A DNA stretch of 64,000 nt from an uncultured Gemmatimonadales bacterium (GTDB lineage Bacteria > Gemmatimonadota > Gemmatimonadetes > Gemmatimonadales > Gemmatimonadaceae), in assembly GCA_963850905.1 (NCBI GenBank), contig CAWKMU010000003.1:960001-1024000 (forward strand). The letters are read 5' to 3'. This document shows, piece by piece, positions 48,692 through 58,531 of the stretch. Both the position numbers and the translations under genes were made by a program. The notes beneath the pieces were generated by a model, which was not told the DNA's origin, made no database searches, and saw nothing but the letters and a program-made list of their open reading frames with translations. Every line of letters begins with the position of its first letter. Position 1 is the stretch's first letter.

Positions 48692-49999
48692 ATGAAGCGA
48701 TTCGCTGTCGTAGGGATGGCAGCCCTGCTGGCAATGGTGAGCACACTCATCGTGCCCGCCGCCGTCAGCGCCCAAGCGCTCACGATGCAAATGAGCAACG
48801 GCTGGAGCTTCGGTTTTTCGGGCAACGTCAACGCCTTTCTCGTCTACCAGCTCTCGAACGTGGGCGACTCGGGCAAGACGATCAACGGAGGACTAACGCC
48901 GGTCGAGGGAACCAATCCGCGAATCCGAACCGGCCTCCTCCCGGCGTTCGCCACCTTCGATGCCAAAGGCAAGGAGGGTGGCGTCAATTTGGACGTCCAC
49001 TTCGGATTCGCTCCGGAGATCCAGAACGGCGGCGGAGCACTCGGCAACATTCACGACAACTTCGGGAATGGCACGCAGGCCGGTGCACAGATCGACATGC
49101 GGCAGGTCTACCTCACGGCCAGCGGGACGTGGGGACAGATCCTCGCCGGCCGCGAGATCGGCTTGTTCGACCGCCAAAATATTCTGCAGGACATGACGCT
49201 GTTCGGGACTGGAGCAACGGGCGGCAACATCGGCAACGGTGGAACGACCCTGGGCCGCATCGGCTACGGCTACGTGTACCCGAACTTCGTCCCCCAGATC
49301 ACGTATAGCACGCCCTCGACGAACTCGGTCGTGTGGGATATCGGCCTCTTCGACCCGAGCGCCGTCGGCGGCGCGGGCGCGGGGACATCGGCTTTCATCT
49401 ATAACAGGACGCCACGGCTGGAGTCCGAGCTCACCTGGACAAACAACTTGGGCGGCACGCCGCCACCGGCCGGGGCCACCGCGGACCAGCTCATGCTCTG
49501 GCTGGGCGGCCTGTGGCAGGAGACCTATGACTCGGCGAGTGGCGGGCAGTCGGTAACGTCGGCCGGCGGGGACGCCGGCGTGAAGCTCACGGTGTCCGCC
49601 GTCTCCATCGTGGGGGCGGGATACTACGGCAAAGGTATCGGTTCGACGCTGCTGCTCACGACGGCGCTGGCGACCGACGCCAGCGGAAACGCCCGCACGT
49701 CGTATGGTGGGTACGTGCAAGTCGTGCTCAAGTTCACGCCCCAATGGAGCATCGGCGGCAGCTTCGGTGGTGGCTGGTTGAACGAGACCAGCCAGGACAA
49801 GCTCGACCCGGTGAACGGCCCGCTCTTGCTCAAGTACAACGTCGACGGCGCAGCGATCCTGACATACCAGTGGACCAAGGCGCTGCGCTGGGTCGGCGAA
49901 TACGACTGGACGCAATCGAAGAACCAGGGCGGCCAGCTGAACCCTGCGGAGTCGATTACGGCCAGTCAGTTGTCGACCGGCTTTATGTTGTTCTTCTAG
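48692..49999 (+). CDS. Outer-membrane porin
   Basis: CAGGAG SD; signal peptide; beta-strand pattern; 'RQVYLTASGTWGQILAGR'; C-terminal FF. Confidence 0.75.
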   Translation: MKRFAVVGMAALLAMVSTLIVPAAVSAQALTMQMSNGWSFGFSGNVNAFLVYQLSNVGDSGKTINGGLTPVEGTNPRIRTGLLPAFATFDAKGKEGGVNLDVHFGFAPEIQNGGGALGNIHDNFGNGTQAGAQIDMRQVYLTASGTWGQILAGREIGLFDRQNILQDMTLFGTGATGGNIGNGGTTLGRIGYGYVYPNFVPQITYSTPSTNSVVWDIGLFDPSAVGGAGAGTSAFIYNRTPRLESELTWTNNLGGTPPPAGATADQLMLWLGGLWQETYDSASGGQSVTSAGGDAGVKLTVSAVSIVGAGYYGKGIGSTLLLTTALATDASGNARTSYGGYVQVVLKFTPQWSIGGSFGGGWLNETSQDKLDPVNGPLLLKYNVDGAAILTYQWTKALRWVGEYDWTQSKNQGGQLNPAESITASQLSTGFMLFF

Positions 50000-50242
50000 G
50001 GCCCGGATTCGAGAGAGGCGCAGGTGTGCAACGCACAGACCGACCCCAGGCTCGTGGGTGATACCATGACCGGCAGACGGGTTCCACCGTCGGCGTCGTT
50101 CGTGCGCTCGACGCTGCCGCTGCATGCCAGCGCCATCGGCACAGAGCGAAGCCCACCGGGTCTGCCGCGCGAAGCGCTCTCGGCAAATCACGCTCGGCGA
50201 CCCCAAGCGGATCGGTCACTTACTCTTTCAAAGGCGGCTCTC

Positions 50243-52096
50243 ATGATTCAGTACGCACGCCCGACACAAATCGGCGCGCTGCTCGCCGCGACACTCGCGG
50301 CCAGCGCGCCCGGTGCGGCGCAGGATCTTGGGGCCATGACCCAGAATCCCAGTCAATGGGTCATGACTGGTCGGACGTACGATCTCAATCGGTACAGTCC
50401 GCTGACCCAGATCACGACCGCCAACGTCACTCATCTGGTTCCGGCGTGGAGCTTCTCCGTCGGCACGCTGCGCGGACAGGAAGGGAATCCGCTGGTCATC
50501 GGCAGCGCGATGTACCTCTCGTCATCGTTCCCGAATAAGGTGTACGCGCTCGACCTCACGAAGGACGGCGCACCGCAGATCTGGCAGTACACGCCGAGTC
50601 AAAACGACTCCGCGATCGCCGTCGCGTGCTGCGACGTCGTCAATCGGGGACTCGCGTTCCATCCGCCGACCGCCGACCATCCGGCGGGGATCTTGTACAT
50701 CGAGTTGCTCCAAGGTGATCTGCTCGCGCTCGACGCGAAGACCGGGAAGAAGGTGTACCAGGTCAACAGCGCCAACTTCCGGAAGGGCGAGACGATGACC
50801 AACGCCCCTCTTGTAGTCCGCAACGTCGTCATCACCGGCATCTCCGGAGGTGAGTTCGGCGTGCGCGGGCGCGTAACGGCCTTCGACGCCCTGGACGGAC
50901 ATGAGCTGTGGCGCGCTTATAGCACGGGCCCTGACGCCGACGTCAAGATCGAGGGGGTCCCGAACGAGAACTATGAGTCAATGAAGGGGAAAGACCTCGG
51001 TGTCTCCACCTGGCAGGGTGACCAGTGGATGCGCGGCGGGGGCACCACGTGGGGATGGTACTCCTACGACCCTGAGCTCAATCTGTTCTACTACGGCTCG
51101 GGAAACCCAGGAACCTGGAATCCCGATCAACGACCCGGCGACAACAAGTGGTCGATGACGATCTGGGCTCGCAACCCGGAGACCGGCGTCGCGAAGTGGG
51201 CGTACCAAATGACGCCGCACGATGCGTGGGACTACGACGGGGTCAACGAGATGAACCTCGCGGAGCTCACCTTCAACGGCAAACCCACCAAGGTGCTCGT
51301 GCACTTCGATCGGAACGGGTTCGGCTACACGGTGGATCGGACGAACGGCAAGGTGCTCGTCGCGCAGCCATTCGGCCCGGTCAACTGGGCCAAGAGCATC
51401 GACTTGACCACCGGGCGCCCGGTCGAAGACGCGACCAAGCGGACGACGGCCAAGGGCAACACTGAAGGCATCTGCCCAGCCGCGATCGGGTTCAAGGACC
51501 AGCAACCGTCGGCGTACTCGCCGAAGACGAAACTCTTCTACGTCCCGACCAACAACATCTGCATGGACTACGAGGGCGTGGACGTGAAGTATCAGGCCGG
51601 CCAGGCGTACGTCGGCGCGATCGTGCGCATGTTCCCGGGCCCCGGCGGCAATCGCGGCGACTTCATTGCCTGGGACGCGACGACCGGCAAGAAGGTGTGG
51701 GACGACAAAGAGGGACTCGCTGCATACGGTGGTGCCCTCGCCACCGCCGGCGACCTCGTGTTCTACGGCACGATGGAAGGGTGGCTCAAAGCGGTGGACG
51801 CGCGAACGGGCAAGCAGTTGTGGAAGTTCAAGACCCCCTCCGGCATCATCGGCAACCCAATGACCTACGTCGGGCCTGATGGCAGGCAGTACGTCGCGGT
51901 GCTTTCAGGGATCGGCGGATGGGCGGGGATCGGCGTCGCTGCTGGTATCGGTGCCGAAGACCCGACCGCGGGACTCGGCGCCCTCGGTGCGTTTGGCGAC
52001 GCCGGCGGGTTCTCCACCCAGGGCGGCGTGCTCACCGTTTTCGCGCTGGATAACGCGGGCGCCGCGAGCCACGCCGCCGCGGCCAAGGGACGATAA
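50243..52096 (+). CDS. xoxF: Lanthanide-dependent PQQ methanol dehydrogenase (XoxF type)
   Basis: Vicinal 'ACCDVVNRG'; 'SGGEFGVRG'; 'GNPGTWNP'; 'WDYDGVNE' with the additional Asp; PQQ Trp-docking repeats. Confidence 0.88.
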   Translation: MIQYARPTQIGALLAATLAASAPGAAQDLGAMTQNPSQWVMTGRTYDLNRYSPLTQITTANVTHLVPAWSFSVGTLRGQEGNPLVIGSAMYLSSSFPNKVYALDLTKDGAPQIWQYTPSQNDSAIAVACCDVVNRGLAFHPPTADHPAGILYIELLQGDLLALDAKTGKKVYQVNSANFRKGETMTNAPLVVRNVVITGISGGEFGVRGRVTAFDALDGHELWRAYSTGPDADVKIEGVPNENYESMKGKDLGVSTWQGDQWMRGGGTTWGWYSYDPELNLFYYGSGNPGTWNPDQRPGDNKWSMTIWARNPETGVAKWAYQMTPHDAWDYDGVNEMNLAELTFNGKPTKVLVHFDRNGFGYTVDRTNGKVLVAQPFGPVNWAKSIDLTTGRPVEDATKRTTAKGNTEGICPAAIGFKDQQPSAYSPKTKLFYVPTNNICMDYEGVDVKYQAGQAYVGAIVRMFPGPGGNRGDFIAWDATTGKKVWDDKEGLAAYGGALATAGDLVFYGTMEGWLKAVDARTGKQLWKFKTPSGIIGNPMTYVGPDGRQYVAVLSGIGGWAGIGVAAGIGAEDPTAGLGALGAFGDAGGFSTQGGVLTVFALDNAGAASHAAAAKGR

Positions 52097-52104
52097 GCAG
52101 GTGG

Positions 52105-52130
52105 CCAGGGGTCGCTCCGGCGACCCCTGG
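52105..52130 (+). terminator. GC-rich stem-loop between xoxF and xoxJ (attenuator or mRNA stabiliser)
   Basis: ccaggggtcgc-tccg-gcgacccctgg; no U-tract. Confidence 0.4.
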
Positions 52131-52230
52131 GAGGAAGGTTGCAACAGGACGTCGAATCGGGTGCCGCCCGATGGCTTGAGCGGCACCCATTGCGTCACGG
52201 CTTTCGTGGGTCGGGGCAGGAACACGGAGG

Positions 52231-53097
52231 ATGAGGACACGCGTGTCGCACTCGCTCAACAGTCTCTGCTTTCGGTGTGCGGCGATTGTCGCGTCGCTGT
52301 GCGCGGCGTCTTCGCTGAGCGCGCAAGCGGACGCCCTCGGGTCGCCGCGGGCACCGCACGCGTTCCGCGTGTGCTCCGACCCCGACAACCTCCCGTTCTC
52401 GAACGAGCAGCAACAGGGGTTCGAGAACAAGATCGCCACGGTCCTGGCCAAAGACCTCGGCGACAGCCTGTCCTACGTATGGTGGCCGTCACGCCGCGGA
52501 TTCGTGCGGATGACCCTCGGCGCCTACCAATGCGACATCATCATCGGCACCCCCCAAGGCTATGACCTCGTCCTGCAGACCAGGCCTTACTACCGGACGG
52601 CGTACGTGGCATTGACGCGTCGCGACCGCCATCTCCGGATCGCATCGCTCAATGACTCGATACTCAAGTCGCTGACGATCGGCGTCAACACCATGGGAGA
52701 CAATTACGAGAACACGCCCCCGGCGCACGCGCTCGGCGCACGTGGGATCAACCAGCATATCGTCGGCTTCCCAACCTTCTACAACGCCGAGCAACGGCCG
52801 GGCGACATCGTGGAGGCCGTGGTCAAGGGGACGATCAATGTGGCGCTCGTGTGGGGTCCGGTTGCGGGCTACTTCGCGAAGCAATCCAGTGTCCCGCTCG
52901 ATATCGCCATCCTGCCGGACACAGATCGAGTAACCGGTTTCCCCTTCTCGAGCGCGATGGCAATCGGCGTCCGGCGTGCCGATCCAGGGCTGCGCGACAC
53001 GCTGAATGCCGCGCTCGACCGGCGGCGCGCGGATATCGACGCCATCCTGCACGATTTCGGTGTCCCGCTGCTGCCGCTGACGAACACGTCCCAGTGA
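52231..53097 (+). CDS. xoxJ: XoxJ/MxaJ-like periplasmic binding protein
   Basis: 'FRVCSDPDNLPFSN...GFENKIA', 'TRPYYRTAYV', 'WGPVAGYFA'; follows xoxF. Confidence 0.8.
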   Translation: MRTRVSHSLNSLCFRCAAIVASLCAASSLSAQADALGSPRAPHAFRVCSDPDNLPFSNEQQQGFENKIATVLAKDLGDSLSYVWWPSRRGFVRMTLGAYQCDIIIGTPQGYDLVLQTRPYYRTAYVALTRRDRHLRIASLNDSILKSLTIGVNTMGDNYENTPPAHALGARGINQHIVGFPTFYNAEQRPGDIVEAVVKGTINVALVWGPVAGYFAKQSSVPLDIAILPDTDRVTGFPFSSAMAIGVRRADPGLRDTLNAALDRRRADIDAILHDFGVPLLPLTNTSQ

Positions 53098-53630
53098 CAC
53101 AACAACCGGCCAGGAATCGGCTCGGCGCCATCGGCATCGCCGTGCTCGCTGCCGTTACGGTGTCGGCCGCGAGTGCTCCCGGGAGCCTCGTGATCGATCG
53201 ACAATGTAGCGGCGACGCATGCGTCGCCGTTCGGGCAGACAGCATCGACCACCACGCGGTGAATGCGGTCGTGTACAATGGATGGAAGATGTTCGAGGTC
53301 TATTGCGCCCGTTGCCATGGAGAGGACGCAGTCGGGAGCAGCTTTGCGCCCGCCCTCATCAAGTCCGTAGGTCCGGACGGGCTGATTAATCATCGTGCTT
53401 TCTTCGAGACCGTGACTCATGGCCGTCCGGCCAAGGGCATGCCGACGTGGGGGAACCTGCTGTCGCCCGAGCAGAAGGAGGATGTCTGGAATTACCTGCG
53501 TGCGCGCGCTCTTGCCGGACTCGCGCCGGGCCGACCGCACATCAAGCCCGGCGCCAACCGTGACTCGACCGTGCTGCCTGCGGCCGTCGGGCAGGACACC
53601 ACCTGGCCGGGCCCGCCCGCCAATTCGTAG
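53094..53630 (+). CDS. Periplasmic c-type cytochrome (probable XoxG-type electron acceptor)
   Basis: GTGA overlap; signal peptide; CxxCH 'CARCH'; 'GMPTW' candidate axial Met. Confidence 0.8.
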   Translation: MTQQPARNRLGAIGIAVLAAVTVSAASAPGSLVIDRQCSGDACVAVRADSIDHHAVNAVVYNGWKMFEVYCARCHGEDAVGSSFAPALIKSVGPDGLINHRAFFETVTHGRPAKGMPTWGNLLSPEQKEDVWNYLRARALAGLAPGRPHIKPGANRDSTVLPAAVGQDTTWPGPPANS

Positions 53631-53640
53631 ACTACCTGAC

Positions 53641-54705
53641 ATGACCCGATCGCTCTCGCGCCTTCCAATCCACTCTCGTTTCTCCTCACCCCTCACTTCT
53701 CTCTCGATCGCATTAGCGATCGCGGCGTGTACGGGAGAGTCGTCACGCAGCGCGGCGACCTCGCAGACGACAGAATCGACCAGCGTCGCTAGCGCCCAGT
53801 CGCCGACGCAACACGTGACGCTGTTGGTGAGCAACGAAGGCGCCAACACGATTTCCGTCGTCGACGGGGCGACGGATTCGGTCGTCCAGACGATTCCGGT
53901 CGGGAATCGTCCGCGAGGCATCGCGCTGAGCCCGGACAGGAAGACGCTGTACGTCGCCTTGGGGCGCGACAATGCGGTGGGGGTCATCGACGTCACTACA
54001 CGCCGCGAAACCGATAAAATCCCGGCGGGTGGTGACCCTGAGCAAGTGGCGGTGTCGCCGGATGGGAAGACCTTCTACGTGTCCAACGAGGACCCGGGCA
54101 AAGCGACGGCCGTTGACATCGCGACCAAGAGGGAAGTTTTCAGCGTACCCGTCGGGAAGGAGCCCGAAGGGGTGCTCGTGACGCCGGACGGACAGTACGT
54201 CTACGTCACCAACGAGACCTCGAGCAACGTCGTCGTCCTCGACGCCCACACCGGAAGGCAGCAGACGGTCTTCCCCGTCGGCGCGCGCCCACGCTTCGTC
54301 GCATTTTCCTCGGACGGCGCGTGGGCGGTCGTGACGTCGGAGTCCGGTGGATCGGTCACGGTCGTCGATCTCCCCCGGAACGTACCGCTCAAGACCGTCC
54401 CAGTCGGCGATAGCACCCGGCCGACTGGCGTCGCGATTTCGCCCGATAGCCGGACGGTCTATTTCGCCAATGGCCGCGCCAACCGGGTGTCGGTCTTCAG
54501 TCTACCAGCCATGGCCGTCACCGACACGATTCCGGTCGGCCAGCGCCCGTGGGGAGTTGCGCTCACGGCTGATGGCAACACGCTCTATACGGCAGATGGC
54601 AAATCCAATCAGATCAGCGTAGTCGACGTCCTGCACAAGAAGGTGGTGCGGACGATCCCCGTCGGCGAAAGGCCGTATGGGGTGGTCATTGTGAAGGGCC
54701 CTTGA
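53641..54705 (+). CDS. YVTN/YncE beta-propeller lipoprotein (PQQ-catabolism associated)
   Basis: Lipobox 'IAAC'; seven 'IPVGxxPxGxAxSPDG..YVxN' repeats. Confidence 0.85.
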   Translation: MTRSLSRLPIHSRFSSPLTSLSIALAIAACTGESSRSAATSQTTESTSVASAQSPTQHVTLLVSNEGANTISVVDGATDSVVQTIPVGNRPRGIALSPDRKTLYVALGRDNAVGVIDVTTRRETDKIPAGGDPEQVAVSPDGKTFYVSNEDPGKATAVDIATKREVFSVPVGKEPEGVLVTPDGQYVYVTNETSSNVVVLDAHTGRQQTVFPVGARPRFVAFSSDGAWAVVTSESGGSVTVVDLPRNVPLKTVPVGDSTRPTGVAISPDSRTVYFANGRANRVSVFSLPAMAVTDTIPVGQRPWGVALTADGNTLYTADGKSNQISVVDVLHKKVVRTIPVGERPYGVVIVKGP

Positions 54706-54709
54706 CGGC

Positions 54710-54945
54710 GGGATCAGGGTCCGGGGACAACATATACGTACGTCCCCGGCATAGGGTGGGCGGGCTGAAGCCCGCCCCTACATGTCGGCATGAACGGTGA
54801 AACTCTGGGGTGCCCTACCGGCGCCTGACATCGACCGTCGACGAATCCGCAGGTGACGCCGTCCGCAGCAACATGTAGGGGCGGGCTTTAGCCCGCCCGC
54901 TGTGTGGTTGTCGTTCCTGGGACCTGGTCCCTCGCACCTGACGCC
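54710..54945. repeat. REPIN-like element (54758-54898, reverse orientation) enclosed by degenerate heptamer arms
   Basis: GTAG-REP pair with 93-bp homologous spacer. Confidence 0.8.
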
Positions 54946-54991
54946 TTGTTCTGCGTGCCCCGCGCGGGGCCCTATTCGTCCCCAGAGTACC

Positions 54992-56080
54992 TTGCCTACC
55001 GCGCCAGCCCCCGATCTCGCCTCACCCCAATCGCTGCTTCCGCTGCTCGTCGTCGACGACGACGAGGACATTCGTCGGACGTTCGCACAGATCCTCGGTC
55101 GCGCGGGGCATACCGTCGATACCGCCGCGTCCGGGGAGGCAGCGATCGAGGCCCTCGGTCGCGAGCAGTTCGCCGCTGTACTCTGTGACGTGCGGATGCC
55201 GGGCATCGACGGGCTCACCGTATTGCGGCACGCGCGCGCTCTCGATCCCCAGGTCATGCTCATCGTGATCTCGGCGGTCGACGACGCGGCGACTGCCCTC
55301 GCAGCGCTCCGGGCGGGCGCCGCCGAGTACCTCACCAAGCCGATCGACCGGGCTGCCCTCGAGTCGACAGTCGCTCGAGCCCTGGCCGAGCGGGAAACCA
55401 CGCAACGCCGCACCACCGCCGCGATCCAGGAAGCCGTCACGACGCGAACCGCTGCGCTCGAGCGCGAGAAGGCGTCGCTGCACCAGCGCAATGTCGGCAT
55501 GGCGGAAGCCCTGGTCCGCGCCATGGAAGCACGCGATCCGTACCTCAAAGGGCACTCCCAGCGAATGGCTTCGGTCGCCGCCGACATCGCCCGCGCCCTC
55601 GGCCTCGATGCCGACATGGTCGACGCCGTGAGCCTGGCGGCTCGATTGGCGGACGTCGGGAAAATCGGCACGCGCGAGAGCGTCCTCCACAAGCCGGGAC
55701 CACTCACGCCCGACGAGTACGATCATGTCCAGGATCACGTGCGGATCGGCCTCGAGATCCTGAGTCCACTGGACCACCTTGGTCCCGTCCTGGACTATGT
55801 GCGCGATCACCACGAGCACTTCGACGGCAGCGGGTACCCGCGTGCGGTTGAGCGGGAGGCCATCTCGATCGGAGGCCGCATCCTGACAGCGGCGGACGCC
55901 TTCGTCGCCCTGACGTCTCGTCGATCCTACCGTGAGCCGTTGAGCCCACCGGACGCGTTGCGCCACCTGCGGAACTACGTGGGCCGACTCCTCGATCCCA
56001 CCGTGTTTGCCGCGTTGGTCCAGGTGATGGGGCGGAAGAGCGACGGGACGAAGCGACGGGGAAAGGCCGTTACGTCGTAG
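54992..56080 (+). CDS. Response regulator with HD-GYP domain (degenerate HD)
   Basis: REC 'LVVDDD...CDVRMPG...KP'; 'GHSQR', 'ADVGKIG', 'HHEHFDGSGYP'; start uncertain. Confidence 0.85.
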   Translation: MPTAPAPDLASPQSLLPLLVVDDDEDIRRTFAQILGRAGHTVDTAASGEAAIEALGREQFAAVLCDVRMPGIDGLTVLRHARALDPQVMLIVISAVDDAATALAALRAGAAEYLTKPIDRAALESTVARALAERETTQRRTTAAIQEAVTTRTAALEREKASLHQRNVGMAEALVRAMEARDPYLKGHSQRMASVAADIARALGLDADMVDAVSLAARLADVGKIGTRESVLHKPGPLTPDEYDHVQDHVRIGLEILSPLDHLGPVLDYVRDHHEHFDGSGYPRAVEREAISIGGRILTAADAFVALTSRRSYREPLSPPDALRHLRNYVGRLLDPTVFAALVQVMGRKSDGTKRRGKAVTS

Positions 56081-57074
56081 CCTCGATACGTGCACCGTCC
56101 GCGCTGAAACCCGCATCGAAGAGGATGGCGGACGGGAAACGACTGGCGAGTCGGCGCACGAGCGCGGCGCTGGTGTCGGGATCGGGCACAATCGCGTAGA
56201 CGGCCGGGCCCCACGAGCTCTGTCCGACGCCGGGCGCACCCCAGGCGGCGAGGCATTCGACAATCGCCGTGCTCGCGCCGCCCGCGTAGGCGCCACCCTG
56301 TGCGGCACTGAACCACCGCCCGTTGATGGATTGAATCTCAGTCAATGCCTCGCCAAACCCAACGAGGTCCCCGTCAGCGAGCGCCGGCAGGAGTGCCATG
56401 AGCACCAGGTGTGCGACACGTTCCGCCTCGTGCACCGGTGGCATTGGAAGTCCGGCGAACGCCGCCGCTTCGGCGGCCCCGCTGAGGCCTGGCTCACCGG
56501 GCGGCAACGCCAGCACACACCGCCACGGCTCGGGAATCGCCAGGCGGGCGAGGAGTGGTGCCGGTCGGTCGACACCAGGCTGGCGCCCGCCTTCGACAAT
56601 GAAGCCGCCATGCTCGAAGACGTAGGTCCCAATTGCGGACCGCCGGGCTCGCCCAAGGACCACGGCGAGCCCGCGGGCGTCGCATGGCAGGCCATACAAG
56701 TGGGCCACCGCCCGTGCCGCGGCGAGCGCGACTTGCGTCCCGGACCCGAGACCGCGGTGGGCGGGGAGTACCTGGTGCAGCCTGATGTGTGCGCGCTCCG
56801 TGATCCGGTAGTGTCGGAGCACGCGTTCGACGGCGTGCGCCGCCACGCCACGGGCCTCGTCGACGGTGCTTGCCGCATCGATCTGCCCCGCGTCTGCAAC
56901 CACGACGATATCATGCGCGCCGGATGCGGTCAGTCGCACCGTGGGCGGCTGCACTCCCACGCCGATCCCACCGTAGTGACGGCCGAGCGATCCACCGAGA
57001 TCGAGCATGCCGAGGTGCACACGTGCCGGCGCGTCGATCGTGACGCTCGCGTGGACCGTGTCGCGTTCTGTCAT
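56070..57074 (-). CDS. mptG: Beta-ribofuranosylaminobenzene 5'-phosphate synthase (methanopterin biosynthesis)
   Basis: 'APARVHLGMLD', GHMP 'PAHRGLGSGTQ', 'RSAIG..F..GGFIVEGG', 'GQSSWGP'. Confidence 0.85.
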   Translation of the reverse strand: MTERDTVHASVTIDAPARVHLGMLDLGGSLGRHYGGIGVGVQPPTVRLTASGAHDIVVVADAGQIDAASTVDEARGVAAHAVERVLRHYRITERAHIRLHQVLPAHRGLGSGTQVALAAARAVAHLYGLPCDARGLAVVLGRARRSAIGTYVFEHGGFIVEGGRQPGVDRPAPLLARLAIPEPWRCVLALPPGEPGLSGAAEAAAFAGLPMPPVHEAERVAHLVLMALLPALADGDLVGFGEALTEIQSINGRWFSAAQGGAYAGGASTAIVECLAAWGAPGVGQSSWGPAVYAIVPDPDTSAALVRRLASRFPSAILFDAGFSADGARIEATT

Positions 57075-57631
57075 GCAGGACCAACTGGTGAGGTCCGCAC
57101 GTACTCGGTCAGGAGCGCCATCGCCTCGCGCTCGCGAGCTCCGGCGGTCTTGTCGACGATGGTCTGCAGTCGAGCAAACGCGGCGTCGATCTCGGACCGC
57201 GGGATGAGGTGCAACCGTGTGGCCAGGATCGCCGCCTCGAGAATCGCATTGCGGGCGCGATTGAACCCGATGAACTCCCGCCGCGCGCCTTGGTGGACGA
57301 CCGTCGTCTCGATCCGAGAGCGTGGCGGCGTTGCATCGATCGATCGTACTTCGAGCTCGCGCCAGGAGCATGCCGCGTCCAGCACTACTCCCCGAACGAC
57401 GCTGGCCGGGAACGACGCATATTGCGGGTTGGAGATGGCGGCCTGCGCGAACAGCAACACGTCGTCCGTGAGATTGACCACGGCCACCCCGGTGGCGCGC
57501 ACATTGCGAAATGTTGTCGTCTCGAGGAACGGCTTGATGACGATGCGCTCCTCGCCCCACTCGACCCCCATCGGCGCGAAGTTGATCGAGCCCTCCGGGT
57601 CCATCGTGGTGATGATCGATTCGATGATCAT
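57071..57631 (-). CDS. DUF447-family protein (H4MPT-cluster associated, flavin-binding split-barrel-like)
   Basis: 'IIESIITT..NFAPMGV..KPF..TTT..N', 'GFNRARNAILEAAILATR'; ATGA coupling at both ends. Confidence 0.75.
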   Translation of the reverse strand: MIIESIITTMDPEGSINFAPMGVEWGEERIVIKPFLETTTFRNVRATGVAVVNLTDDVLLFAQAAISNPQYASFPASVVRGVVLDAACSWRELEVRSIDATPPRSRIETTVVHQGARREFIGFNRARNAILEAAILATRLHLIPRSEIDAAFARLQTIVDKTAGAREREAMALLTEYVRTSPVGPA

Positions 57632-58525
57632 GCGATGAGACATCCGTCGGCCACTTCGTCCGCCACCAGTTGTCGGAACGCCTTCTGAACGCGAATGGTG
57701 AGCGGCCCGATGGCTCCGTCGCCGATCGCCGTCTCATCGACCGCCGTCACAGGGGCAATCTCACGAAGGGAGCTCGTGAGAAACATCTCGTCGGCGTCGG
57801 CCATTGCGACAGGCGACACCGGGGATTCGTCCACGCCGATCGCGAGCCTCGCGAGAATGTCGAGCACCGTCGCTCGCGTAATGCCGAGCAAGACACCACA
57901 TCGAGCGGGTGGGGTATGAACGACCCCGCGCGTCACCAGGAAGATGTTGCTCGAGCTGCCTTCGGAGAGGTGCCCGGCGGTGTCGAGGAGCAACGCGTCA
58001 TCGGCGCCTCGGGCGCGGGCGGCTGATAGCGCGACCACGGCATCTGTGTAGGCCAGGGTCTTGAGTCCCGCCGTCGGCGAGTATTCGTTCCGACGTCCGT
58101 CGGCGATGCGTACGCGCAATCCCTGCTGCGCCGTCGGGAGCGGCCCAAGTCGATCGACCAGCAGCACCGTGGTCGGGTGCGCGTCTCCGCGAGGTGCGAC
58201 GCCGGCACCGGGACCTCGCGTCACGGTCAGTCGCACGGACCGATCCGCTCGTGCCCTGCGGAGCTCGCGCACGGCGTCCGAGAGCGCCGCATCCGAGATG
58301 TGCGGGAATCGGGAGGCCGAGCCGCTCTGCCGTCGACGCCAGTCGGGCGAGATGTGCATCGAGGCGGAAGATGGTGCCTGAGTATGCCCGCATCGTCTCG
58401 AAGCATCCGTCGGCGAGTGTAAAACCACGATCCATGACGGATATCGCCGGAGTTTGTGGGTCGACCGGCAGGCCGTTGACCCAGCAGAGCGGCGGGAGGT
58501 CAGCCGGTTGGTCGGTGCGTGGCAT
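57628..58525 (-). pseudogene. pabC: Aminotransferase class IV / aminodeoxychorismate lyase with a 1-bp frameshift near 58293
   Basis: N-half 'DRGFTLADGCFETMR..FRLDAHLARL' and C-half 'RLTVTRG..LKTLAY..EGSSSNIF..LLGITR' are in different frames. Confidence 0.75.
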
Positions 58526-58531
58526 GAACCC

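Noticed and set aside
50243..52096. Calcium-dependent MxaF
   Set aside because: Has WDYDG rather than WDYAG, and no mxaI or mxaACKL genes are present
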